Positions 45,371 through 53,557 are shown, counted from the stretch's first letter. The stretch is 56,047 nucleotides of DNA from Anaerolineae bacterium (GCA_021162655.1 JAGGYI010000138.1:1-56047), one strand, 5' to 3'. Translations and numbers: made by a program. The notes: a model not told the origin generated them from the sequence alone.

Positions 45371-45649
45371 TTAACCTCCTGCCTCCACAAACATGAGTAA
45401 AAGTTGTTGTCCATCCTGGGCGGGCATGTCGAGATCTTTGATCACGCGCCTGCCATTGAGGTTCAACATATAGGAAGGGACGAGATCGAAGGTCTCTGGC
45501 ACGATCACCGGCCCCACTAGACGAGGAAAGTGTAGAGCCAGGTAACGTAGCACATCTCGCCACGTCGCCTGGCCCTCTAATTGCACAGTGCATTCGCTTG
45601 TCTGAGCCAAATTGCGCGCTAGCCCCAAAAACTCAACAGTGAGCTGCAT
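45371..45649 (-). CDS. MoaD/ThiS-family ubiquitin-like sulfur-carrier protein (C-terminal Gly-Gly)
   Basis: 92 aa, MQLTVEFLGLARNLAQ.. ending ..LLLMFVEAGG immediately before the stop. The stop lies 4 nt before the AOR start. Confidence 0.75.
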   Translation of the reverse strand: MQLTVEFLGLARNLAQTSECTVQLEGQATWRDVLRYLALHFPRLVGPVIVPETFDLVPSYMLNLNGRRVIKDLDMPAQDGQQLLLMFVEAGG

Positions 45650-45727
45650 CCTCTAGTCCATCTCCAGGTGTTGGCATCCATTGCCACGAAAAAGACTATC
45701 AAGAGTTCCTTTGTCCACTTAAGAGAC

Positions 45728-45747
45728 ATCGTGCTTCTAGGCACGAT
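45728..45747. promoter_or_regulatory. perfect 7-6-7 inverted repeat just downstream of the minus-strand -10 (candidate operator or 5' UTR hairpin)
   Basis: ATCGTGC-TTCTAG-GCACGAT at 45728..45747, about 10-30 nt downstream of the TATAAT at 45757..45762 (minus). Confidence 0.35.
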
Positions 45748-45756
45748 CTATGATAG

Positions 45757-45785
45757 ATTATACAGAAGTTCTTGGCAAAAAGCAA
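45757..45785 (-). promoter_or_regulatory. candidate promoter for the moaD-like/aor string
   Basis: On minus: TTGCTT (45785..45780), 17-nt spacer, TATAAT (45762..45757). This would give a ~100-nt leader before ATG 45649. Confidence 0.5.
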
Positions 45786-45826
45786 GCTGCAAAGGATCCG
45801 CTAAGGGAGATATTTCCAAAAAGCCT

Positions 45827-45855
45827 TTGACACACTTCTTCCCCCTTCTTATAAT
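45827..45855 (+). promoter_or_regulatory. consensus sigma-70-type promoter for the sortase gene
   Basis: TTGACA (45827..45832), exact 17-nt spacer, TATAAT (45850..45855): 12 of 12 consensus positions, 48 nt upstream of ATG 45903. Confidence 0.6.
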
Positions 45856-45902
45856 GAGGAGAATGAAGGGATGGTCCTTTCTATACATGAGGATGTACAT
45901 CG

Positions 45903-46871
45903 ATGGGTTCTGCCTCACGGGCAAAGGAGCTTTCCCTTAAGGAGCTCGAAAGCCTTCTCTTGGAGAAACGCCGTCGCCTCGCCAGATACAAGGTGAGGCG
46001 ATTTGTTGCTGCAGAAAAGGCTTGCCAAGGGCTCGGACGGCGCTCTCCAGAGGATCCTGAGGAACGACCTTTCCCCATGCCAGAAACCTGGCGTGGTGCC
46101 CAAGGGCAAGATCGCTACTTCCAGCCTGGGCGTTTCGCCCCTCTGGAAAAGAACGCTTCACGCAAAGGAAAGCGTTCCAAAGGAGCTCTTCTCCTTCTGG
46201 CGATAGAGATCGCTGCCTTGGTGGGCTTTTTGGGCATCTTTGCCAGCCTATATCTTCGGCTGAAGCCCTTACGACGCCCCCAAACTATACCAACGCCCAG
46301 CACCGTCATGGCTACCCATGCCATCCTCGTCGAGGCAAAGGAGCCACTTCCGACTAGCACACCTCTCCGCCTTCTCCCTGGAGGACGGCCGACGGGGATG
46401 CCTGTTAGCCAAGGCGACCAATCAAGTGAACCCACAAGAGCGCTCACTTTATCACTAGCGGAACCAACGCCCCCGCCGCCGGGCAAGCCTGCCCAGCGCC
46501 TGGTCATCCCCAAGATAGGGGTCGAGGCCCCAGTTGTCGAAGGAGATACCTGGGAAGACCTCAAGAAAGGCATCGGCCACCATCCAGGAAGCGCCAACCC
46601 TGGGGAAAAGGGGAACATGGTCGTCTCAGCACATAACGATGCTTATGGGGAGATCTTTCGCGATCTGGACAAGCTCGAACCAGGGGATGAGGTGCTCGTC
46701 TACACTGAAGAGGGAGCATATCGCTATATCGTTAACCGAGTGGAGATCGTCAGCCCCGACAGAGTCGAGTTTATGGATCCCACCGAGCATCCTGTGCTGA
46801 CGATGATTACCTGCTACCCGTATCTGCTTGATACGCACCGCGTCGTGGTGATAGCAGACCTAGCCGAATGA
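45903..46871 (+). CDS. sortase-family transpeptidase with long N-terminal extension
   Basis: C-terminal catalytic domain: VVSAHND (His), LTMITCYP (TLxTC Cys), DTHRVVV (Arg). One TM helix (ALLLLAIEIAALVGFLGIFASLYL). ~120-aa charged/Pro-rich N-terminal and linker regions. Confidence 0.85.
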   Translation: MGSASRAKELSLKELESLLLEKRRRLARYKVRRFVAAEKACQGLGRRSPEDPEERPFPMPETWRGAQGQDRYFQPGRFAPLEKNASRKGKRSKGALLLLAIEIAALVGFLGIFASLYLRLKPLRRPQTIPTPSTVMATHAILVEAKEPLPTSTPLRLLPGGRPTGMPVSQGDQSSEPTRALTLSLAEPTPPPPGKPAQRLVIPKIGVEAPVVEGDTWEDLKKGIGHHPGSANPGEKGNMVVSAHNDAYGEIFRDLDKLEPGDEVLVYTEEGAYRYIVNRVEIVSPDRVEFMDPTEHPVLTMITCYPYLLDTHRVVVIADLAE

Positions 46872-46898
46872 AATAAACCTCTCGAGGAAAGGAGAGAT

Positions 46899-47171
46899 AT
46901 GAGCAAGAGGAAAAAGCGTTCCCGTTCAGCGGCAGCTCGCCGGAAGAAAAGGCTTGCCACCCAACAGAGGACGGCCGTCCAGCAAACCCAAACCGCCCCT
47001 GTGGCACCCAAAGAGAAAGGACAAAGCAGGGGAAGGCAATCCCGCCAGGCAGCAGCCAAGGTGGATTTTGCCAGCGAGTACCATTACGTGATCAACGATC
47101 TCAAGCGCCTTGCCCTTACAGCGCTGGCCATGTTCGCCACCCTCATCACCTTAGCGCTGGTGCTCCGCTGA
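46899..47171 (+). CDS. small protein with highly basic N-terminus and C-terminal TM helix, unknown function
   Basis: GAAAGGAGAG RBS. MSKRKKRSRSAAARRKKR.. then ..LALTALAMFATLITLALVLR. Confidence 0.5.
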   Translation: MSKRKKRSRSAAARRKKRLATQQRTAVQQTQTAPVAPKEKGQSRGRQSRQAAAKVDFASEYHYVINDLKRLALTALAMFATLITLALVLR

Positions 47172-47909
47172 GGGGAGTACCTCTGTTGAGCTCTCTTGGG
47201 CGTTTTTTCGGCCAAGCAGCGGCCAGGTCAAGGCAAAAACCAATGCCCTCCCCAAAAGAGCGGCCCAGAGGCTGCCCAGGAGGACAAAAAGCAGAGTGCT
47301 CACCCAGTCCAGAGCCCAGGTGAGGGCAATCAGTAAACGTCGCGAGGAATGTGGCACACGGATATGCTCTCTACTGCTTAGCCAACCCAACCCTCCACGA
47401 AGGAAAAGGGCACACCAAGCTCCCCAATAACTCCCGAGCAGAGGAGCACACCCTGCACGCAAGATCGCCAGAGCGCTCTCTTGGCCTAAAAGACGCAGGA
47501 CCTGGCTGCTCTGTCGGCTCCAAAGAGGGCTATGGGCTCTCCAGAGCTCTGCTTTCTTGGCTCCCAAAAGGAGCACAACGATCCATAGACCCAAGCCCAA
47601 AACGATGCCAAAAGCCTTCCAAAGCTCTGTGGGTGAGCCTCGGGGCAAGCAAAGCCCTACATCCAAAGGGGAAAAGAATCCCTCCACCAAAGCGGCATAG
47701 AGATAAAGAACGGTAAAAAACACTCCCGCTACCTGGCCCAGCAAAGGCCAACCACCCCAAAAGCGCAACCTTAAAAGCCTTGGGTGTGCCCGATCAACAA
47801 ACCGCCAACGGAGGAACGGTCTAAGCCCTCGCACTAGGACCTCTAGCCCCAAATAAAGCCCCCCAGCAGCCAAGGCCATCCACACTTCGGGGCCCATCTC
47901 CCTTTGCAT
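47151..47909 (-). CDS. hypothetical polytopic membrane protein
   Basis: Hydrophobic ORF with 6 or more helices. Start uncertain: ATG 47909 follows AAGGAG, while the ORF track uses GTG 48017, which would overlap a plus-strand TTGACA hexamer. No confident family motif. Confidence 0.45.
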   Translation of the reverse strand: MQREMGPEVWMALAAGGLYLGLEVLVRGLRPFLRWRFVDRAHPRLLRLRFWGGWPLLGQVAGVFFTVLYLYAALVEGFFSPLDVGLCLPRGSPTELWKAFGIVLGLGLWIVVLLLGAKKAELWRAHSPLWSRQSSQVLRLLGQESALAILRAGCAPLLGSYWGAWCALFLRGGLGWLSSREHIRVPHSSRRLLIALTWALDWVSTLLFVLLGSLWAALLGRALVFALTWPLLGRKNAQESSTEVLPSAEHQR

Positions 47910-48066
47910 TGCACTCCTTAGGAGGATCGTTTCCTCGATTGTACGTTCTCCCCAGTCCTTGTCAAAGTTTGCTGGCGGCTCGGCTTTCTCAAGCGCTCTG
48001 CTTTTTGCTTGACACACCTCCCCCCAGGAATGTATGTTATCTACAGTTCAAGGAGGTAAAGGTTCT

Positions 48067-48810
48067 ATGAAGATCGATCTGTCAGGCAAGGTTGCCCTAG
48101 TGACAGGGGGTGCCGCAGGGATCGGCCGGGCTTGCGCCCAGACCCTCGCCCAAGCGGGTGCCCTAGTCGTTGTCGTCGACATTAACCTCCCCGGCGCCCA
48201 AGAGACGATCGACTCCATTGGCTCAGGGCTGGCTCTCCGCTGTGATCTCTCCGACCCCCAAGACGTCGAGGCCATGCGCGACCGCGTTCTCACCGAGATG
48301 GGCAAGGTCGATATCCTCGTAAACAATGCGGGGATCATCTCTTATAGACGGGGAATCGGGGCTGTTTCTCTCGAAGAATGGAATAAAGTTATCGACGTAA
48401 ACCTGCGAGGGCCTTTTCTCGTCTGCCGGGTCTTTATCGAAGAGATGAAAAAGCTTGGTTGGGGCAAGATCATCAATTTCTCCTCGCTTGCAGCCCGCGT
48501 CGGTGGCATCGAAGTGGGCATCCACTATGCAGCCTCCAAAGCTGGCCTCATTGGCCTTACCCGCACCCTCGCCAAAGAGGGGGGTCCTTACGGTATCAAC
48601 GTGAACGCTGTGGCTCCCGGGATCATTGCCACTGAACCTGTCAAGCGACAGATCGCCGGTCACGAGGAGCAGTATATCTCCCAAATCCCCCTCCGTCGAT
48701 TGGGCGAGCCTCAGGATGTTGCCAATGTCATCCTCTTTCTCGCTTCACCTCTCTCAGACTATATCACTGGCATCGTATTGGATATTAATGGTGGAATCTA
48801 TATGGGGTAA
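48067..48810 (+). CDS. short-chain dehydrogenase/reductase (FabG-like)
   Basis: Trimmed to ATG 48067, preceded by AAGGAGG. TGGAAGIGRA; NNAG; catalytic YAASKAG. Confidence 0.9.
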   Translation: MKIDLSGKVALVTGGAAGIGRACAQTLAQAGALVVVVDINLPGAQETIDSIGSGLALRCDLSDPQDVEAMRDRVLTEMGKVDILVNNAGIISYRRGIGAVSLEEWNKVIDVNLRGPFLVCRVFIEEMKKLGWGKIINFSSLAARVGGIEVGIHYAASKAGLIGLTRTLAKEGGPYGINVNAVAPGIIATEPVKRQIAGHEEQYISQIPLRRLGEPQDVANVILFLASPLSDYITGIVLDINGGIYMG

Positions 48811-48814
48811 AAAA

Positions 48815-49867
48815 ATGTCTCAAGAAAAAAGTACTCGGCTTATTCCTGCAGAAAAGCTCTTCTCCTTTGTAGAGAATGTCCTTGCGGCGGTGGGGGTCCC
48901 TCGAGAAGATGCTTCGATCGTCGCTGATTGTCTCCTCACCGCAAACCTCTCGGGGATAGATACCCACGGCGTTGTGCGTCTTGCTCACTATGTAAGGCGC
49001 CTGCAGAACGGCACCATCAAAACCAAGCCCCAGCTCAAGTTTGAACGCGTTGCGCCCTCATTGGGGATCATGGACGGCGATGATGGTTTGGGGCACGTGG
49101 TGATGTACAATGCCTGCACACACGCCATGGAGCTCGCCGAAGAGAGCGGCAGTGGCGCTGTAGTGGTGAAAAACTCGAGCCACTTTGGCATGACAGGCTT
49201 TTACATCATGCGCATCGTTTCAGAAGGGTATGCCGGCATGGCCATGACGGCAACGGACGCTTTTCTCATTCCCTTTGGAGGAAGGAAGCCCTTCTTTGGC
49301 ACAAACCCGATCGCCTTCGGCTTCCCCACCGACGGCATCCCCGTCATTCTCGACATGGCTACCACCTCCATCCCCTATGGCAAGATCGCCCTTGCAAAAA
49401 CCGAGGGCAAACCCATCCCGCCCGATTGGGGCTTTGACGAAGAAGGGAACCCCACCACCGATCCCAATCGCATCGCCGGGCTCCACCCCATCGCCGGCCC
49501 CAAAGGAAGTGGCCTAGCAATGATCATCGACATCTTTAGCAGCGTCCTCTCGGGCATGCCCTGGGGGCCACATATCAATAAAATGTATACCGAGCTCGAC
49601 AAGCCCCGCAAGTTGGGGCACTTTGTCTGGGTGCTAGACATCAAACGCTTTATGCCTCTAGAGGAGTTCAAGCGTCGCCTCGGAGAGATGCTCCGCGAGC
49701 TGAACGCCATGCCCCCTGCAGACGGGTTCGACTTTGTTTACTATCCCGGCCAGATCGAAGGGAAACGCCGCGAGAAGCGCCGCCAAGAGGGGATCCCCAT
49801 CGACCCAGGGCTCTATCAAGAACTTGAGGAGCTGGGTAAGCGCTTGAATGTACCTTTCCCAGGGTAG
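48815..49867 (+). CDS. Ldh2-family (malate/L-lactate/sulfolactate dehydrogenase type 2) oxidoreductase
   Basis: Trimmed to ATG 48815. ..LLTANLSGIDTHGVVRLAHYVRRL..NSSHFGMTGFY..FGGRKPFFGTNPIAFGFP are typical Ldh_2 blocks from memory. Confidence 0.8.
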   Translation: MSQEKSTRLIPAEKLFSFVENVLAAVGVPREDASIVADCLLTANLSGIDTHGVVRLAHYVRRLQNGTIKTKPQLKFERVAPSLGIMDGDDGLGHVVMYNACTHAMELAEESGSGAVVVKNSSHFGMTGFYIMRIVSEGYAGMAMTATDAFLIPFGGRKPFFGTNPIAFGFPTDGIPVILDMATTSIPYGKIALAKTEGKPIPPDWGFDEEGNPTTDPNRIAGLHPIAGPKGSGLAMIIDIFSSVLSGMPWGPHINKMYTELDKPRKLGHFVWVLDIKRFMPLEEFKRRLGEMLRELNAMPPADGFDFVYYPGQIEGKRREKRRQEGIPIDPGLYQELEELGKRLNVPFPG

Positions 49868-49879
49868 GAGGCAAGGGAG

Positions 49880-50923
49880 ATGAAAGCATTAGTAAAGTAC
49901 GCTCCTGGGAAAGGGAATGTCGAGATCCGGGATGTGCCCGTCCGCGAACCCAAAGACGACGAGCTGCTCATCAAGATCAAATACTGTGGCATCTGCGGAA
50001 CAGACCTGCACATCTATGCTGACGAGTTCCCCAACTCCCCTCCGGTGATCATGGGCCATGAGTACTGCGGCACAGTGGTCAAGGTAGGGGCCCAAGTGCG
50101 AGACAAATGGCAAGTGGGCGATCGCATCGTTGGCGAGCTACACACCGGGGCCTGCGGCACCTGTTACCTTTGCCGGGCAGGCAAGCCACACATCTGCGAC
50201 CACAAGCTGGCCCTCGGCTCCAAATATGACGGTGCTTTTGCCGAGTACCTTACCCTCCCTGCTTGGCTTGCCCATCACCTGCCCGAGGACATTCCTTGGG
50301 AGGTGGCCGGCGTCACCGAGCCTTTCGCCATCACCACCCACAGCCTTATTGAACGGGGACAGCTAGGGCAGGAGGAGAGCATCCTCATCACTGGCTCGGC
50401 CACGATGGGATTGATGTCTACCATCTGGGCAAGTCGCCTGGGCATCAAACACATCATCATCGCTGGCACCCAGATGGACGTTCCCCTGCGCTTTCCCCTC
50501 GCACGAGAGCTGGGCGCAACCCGCGTAGTCAATGTTCAAGAGGAGGATTTGGAAAGCATTGTCAAAGAGCTCACCGAAGGGCGAGGGGTGGACGCCTGGG
50601 TAGAGTGTTCTGGGTCTCCAGCCGCCATCGCCAGCGGCATAGAGTTAGTGAAAAAGACGGGCAAGGTCATCCTCATTGGGCTGGTGGGCCCTGAGACGAT
50701 CCCCATCCCCTGGAACTCGTTGCTTTACAAAGAATTAGATCTGGTGGGTTGCTTTAGCTCTCCTCCCAGCAGCTGGGAAAAAGCCCTTGCCGTCGAAGGA
50801 GAAGAAGCTCCCAAACTGCGCAAGCTGGTCACCAAGATCATCCCTCTCGAGGCTTGGCAAGAGGGCTTTGAGATGCTTCGCCGGGGCCAAGCCGTCAAAA
50901 TCCTCATCGACTTGGAGGCGTGA
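49880..50923 (+). CDS. zinc-dependent medium-chain alcohol/polyol dehydrogenase (threonine/sorbitol/butanediol DH-like)
   Basis: CGICGTDLHIY and GHEYCGTV zinc motifs. Structural-zinc Cys block CGTCYLCRAGKPHIC. Rossmann motif ITGSATMG. Confidence 0.9.
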   Translation: MKALVKYAPGKGNVEIRDVPVREPKDDELLIKIKYCGICGTDLHIYADEFPNSPPVIMGHEYCGTVVKVGAQVRDKWQVGDRIVGELHTGACGTCYLCRAGKPHICDHKLALGSKYDGAFAEYLTLPAWLAHHLPEDIPWEVAGVTEPFAITTHSLIERGQLGQEESILITGSATMGLMSTIWASRLGIKHIIIAGTQMDVPLRFPLARELGATRVVNVQEEDLESIVKELTEGRGVDAWVECSGSPAAIASGIELVKKTGKVILIGLVGPETIPIPWNSLLYKELDLVGCFSSPPSSWEKALAVEGEEAPKLRKLVTKIIPLEAWQEGFEMLRRGQAVKILIDLEA

Positions 50924-51355
50924 ATGTTCAAGCGAATGGACCATGTGGCCATTAGCGTCAAGGATATGGAAAAGGCCATCGCCTTTTACCGTGACGTCAT
51001 CGGTATGGAAAAGGTCTTTGACCGCGAGTTCTCGGAAGGCATGGCCAAACTCATCGGAGTGGAAGGCACCCGTGTGCGCATCGTCCACATGCGCCTGGGA
51101 GATTCCGTCGTCGAGCTTTTTGACTACAAATATCCCCCCGGCCGTGAGCCTCCACCTGATCGCCAGCAGAGCGACTATGGGCTCATCCACATCGGCTTTA
51201 TCGTCGAAGACTTTTGGGGGACTTACCAGCATCTACTCGATCACGGCGTCAAGTTCCTGGGCGAGCCCGTCGAGATCCGCCCGGGGGTCTTTGTCGCTTA
51301 TTTCCACGGCGTCGAGTACGAAGTCTGCGAGATCCGCGAGATCGTAAAGAGCTAA
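50924..51355 (+). CDS. VOC-family protein (glyoxalase/methylmalonyl-CoA epimerase-like)
   Basis: MDHVAISVKDMEKAIAFYRDVIGM.. and a second half ..LIHIGFIVEDFWGTYQHL... The ATG directly abuts the previous stop. Confidence 0.8.
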   Translation: MFKRMDHVAISVKDMEKAIAFYRDVIGMEKVFDREFSEGMAKLIGVEGTRVRIVHMRLGDSVVELFDYKYPPGREPPPDRQQSDYGLIHIGFIVEDFWGTYQHLLDHGVKFLGEPVEIRPGVFVAYFHGVEYEVCEIREIVKS

Positions 51356-51379
51356 CCTTATGAATACACGAGGTGTCAG

Positions 51380-53557
51380 ATGAGCGAACGGATTCCACAG
51401 AACCCTCCCGCGACGTGTTATAAATTACAAACCAACGACCAAGATCTCCTGGCCATCCCCAAGGATGACCTTGTCCGTATGCTGGCCTTGCTCTACCTCA
51501 TTCGCGAGTTCGAGCTCATCGTGTTGGACTTTAAGGATGCAGATCTCGTCCATGGGCCAGCGCATACCAGTGTTGGGCAAGAAGCTGTCGCAGCGGCCGT
51601 TGCCGTCGCCCTGCGCAAGACGGACATGATCGCCTCCACCCACCGCGCCCACGGGCACTTTGTCTCCAAGGCCCTAATGTATTATGCGCCGGATGACTAT
51701 CAGCCCCTGCGCGACCCCGTGACCCCAAAAATGCAAGAGGCCGTGAACAAGACCCTTGCCGAGATCATGGGGCTGAAAGACGGCTGGTGCGGGGGGCGCG
51801 GTGGCTCCATGCACCTCTATGATGGAGAATCGGGGAACCTGGGCAGCAACGCCATCGTCGGTGGGGGCATCCCCCTGGCTACTGGGGCCGCCTGGGCCCA
51901 GAAACTCCAAAAGAAGGATCGAGTTGTCGTCTCTTTCTTTGGCGATGGAGCGATCAACCAGGGGTGTTTTCACGAAGTGGCAAACATGGCCGCCCTATGG
52001 GGTGTGCCCATTCTTTACCTAGTGGAGAATAACCTCTACGCTGTGGGCACCAGGGCAAACGAGGCTTCTTATGTGCAAGACCTAGCCCTGCGCACCTTGG
52101 GATACGGTTTCGACAGCATGATCGTCGATGGCATGGACCCGGTGAGCATGTACATCGCCGTGCATGACGTCGTCGAAAAGATGCGCCGCGAGCCCTTCCC
52201 CTTCCTCATCGAGGCCAAAACCTATCGCTTCTTCCACCATGCCGGGCGCATCGCCGGCAGTGCCTACGGCTATCGCACCAAAGAGGAAGAGGAAGAGTGG
52301 AAAAAGCGGGATCCCTACCAGGTCTTTCCCGAGAAGCTTATTCGCTATGGCATCATCACCCAAGAGGACGACGAACAGCTCCAGAACCTCGCCAAGGAGA
52401 TGGTCGCCAAGGCGGCAGATTTCTGCACCGAGGAAAAGGACGGCAAACGCTACATTCCCGCGTCCAAGTGGCCCGATCCAGAATCCGCCGTACGCAACCT
52501 TCGCAGTGAGAAAGACGTCTTCCAGGGCATCCGCTTCAAAGAGCGGGAGGATTTCACCACCTTCAAACCAATGACTTATGTAGAAGCCATTGCCAAGGTA
52601 ACCCTGCGGAACATGGAACGCGATGAGCGCGTGATCGTCCTCGGGGAGGAAGTGGCCAACCTACGCGGCGGGGCTTATGGGGCCACCCGCGGCATCAAAG
52701 AGGTCTTTCCCGAAAGGCTCATCAACACCCCCATCTCAGAGACGGGCTTTGTTGGGATGGCTGGAGGGGCAGCGTCGGTGGGGCTACGCCCTGTGGTTGA
52801 GATCATGTTCCCCGACTTTGCCCTTATGGCCTCGGATCAACTCTTTAACCAAATCGGCAAGCTCCGCCATATGTACGGCGGCAACGTGAGCTTCCCTCTA
52901 GTAGTACGCACGAGGGTGGCCATTGGCTTTGGCTACGGCGGGCAGCACTCGATGAACCCCAGCGCTTTCTTCTCCCTCTTCTCGGGGTGGCGAGTCGTTG
53001 CTCCTGCCACCGCCTTTGACTACATCGGGCTTTTCAACACAGCCATGCGCTTTGAGGATCCCGTCCTCATCATCGAGCACGGTATGCTTTACCAAGACGA
53101 AGACCAGGTCCCCGCGGACGACCTGGACTATTTTATCGAATATGGCAAAGCCCGCATCGTACGCGAGGGCAGTGACCTCACCGTCGTCACCTATTCCAAA
53201 TGCGTCAAAGATTGCCTGCAAGCGGCCGAAGAGCTAGGCCAAGAGGGCATCAGCGTCGAAGTCATCGATCTCCGCACAGTAGACTATGTGGGGATGGACT
53301 ATGCCACCATCGGGGAATCGGTGAAAAAGACCGGCAGCGTGCTCATCGTAGAGCAAAACCCCCGCAGCATGTCCCTCAGCGGGCGCATCGCCGACGAGAT
53401 CCAAGAGCGTTTCTTCGATTACCTGGATTGTCCCGTTGGCAAACTAACGGGGGTGGACGTACCACCGCCCGTCTCCCGCAAGCTTGAAGAGGCCGTCCTC
53501 CCCTCTTTGGAACAGATCAAGGCCAAGATGCGCCAAGGGGCCAAGCACTTTCTCTAA
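51380..53557 (+). CDS. thiamine-diphosphate-dependent 2-oxoacid/acetoin dehydrogenase E1 component, alpha and beta subunits fused
   Basis: Alpha part: HTSVGQEAVAAA, GGRGGSMH, GDGAINQGCFHEVANMAALWGVPILYLVENNLYA (TPP motif). Beta part from ~aa 395: MTYVEAIAKV..VLGEEV..INTPISETGFVGMAGGAA..EIMFPDF. Confidence 0.9.
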   Translation: MSERIPQNPPATCYKLQTNDQDLLAIPKDDLVRMLALLYLIREFELIVLDFKDADLVHGPAHTSVGQEAVAAAVAVALRKTDMIASTHRAHGHFVSKALMYYAPDDYQPLRDPVTPKMQEAVNKTLAEIMGLKDGWCGGRGGSMHLYDGESGNLGSNAIVGGGIPLATGAAWAQKLQKKDRVVVSFFGDGAINQGCFHEVANMAALWGVPILYLVENNLYAVGTRANEASYVQDLALRTLGYGFDSMIVDGMDPVSMYIAVHDVVEKMRREPFPFLIEAKTYRFFHHAGRIAGSAYGYRTKEEEEEWKKRDPYQVFPEKLIRYGIITQEDDEQLQNLAKEMVAKAADFCTEEKDGKRYIPASKWPDPESAVRNLRSEKDVFQGIRFKEREDFTTFKPMTYVEAIAKVTLRNMERDERVIVLGEEVANLRGGAYGATRGIKEVFPERLINTPISETGFVGMAGGAASVGLRPVVEIMFPDFALMASDQLFNQIGKLRHMYGGNVSFPLVVRTRVAIGFGYGGQHSMNPSAFFSLFSGWRVVAPATAFDYIGLFNTAMRFEDPVLIIEHGMLYQDEDQVPADDLDYFIEYGKARIVREGSDLTVVTYSKCVKDCLQAAEELGQEGISVEVIDLRTVDYVGMDYATIGESVKKTGSVLIVEQNPRSMSLSGRIADEIQERFFDYLDCPVGKLTGVDVPPPVSRKLEEAVLPSLEQIKAKMRQGAKHFL

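Noticed and set aside
45650-45756. Possible Moco/Tuco riboswitch in the leader of the moaD-like/aor string.
   Set aside because: The leader is only about 100 nt and relatively AT-rich. I could not recognise the conserved multi-stem architecture or conserved loops from memory. Only a simple 7-bp palindrome is evident. An Rfam cmsearch would be needed to decide.
45668-45940. 90-aa plus-strand ORF in the moaD-sortase intergenic region.
   Set aside because: It spans both divergent promoter elements, has no RBS and no motif. The consensus promoter at 45827..45855 lies inside it, which is inconsistent with it being a coding region.
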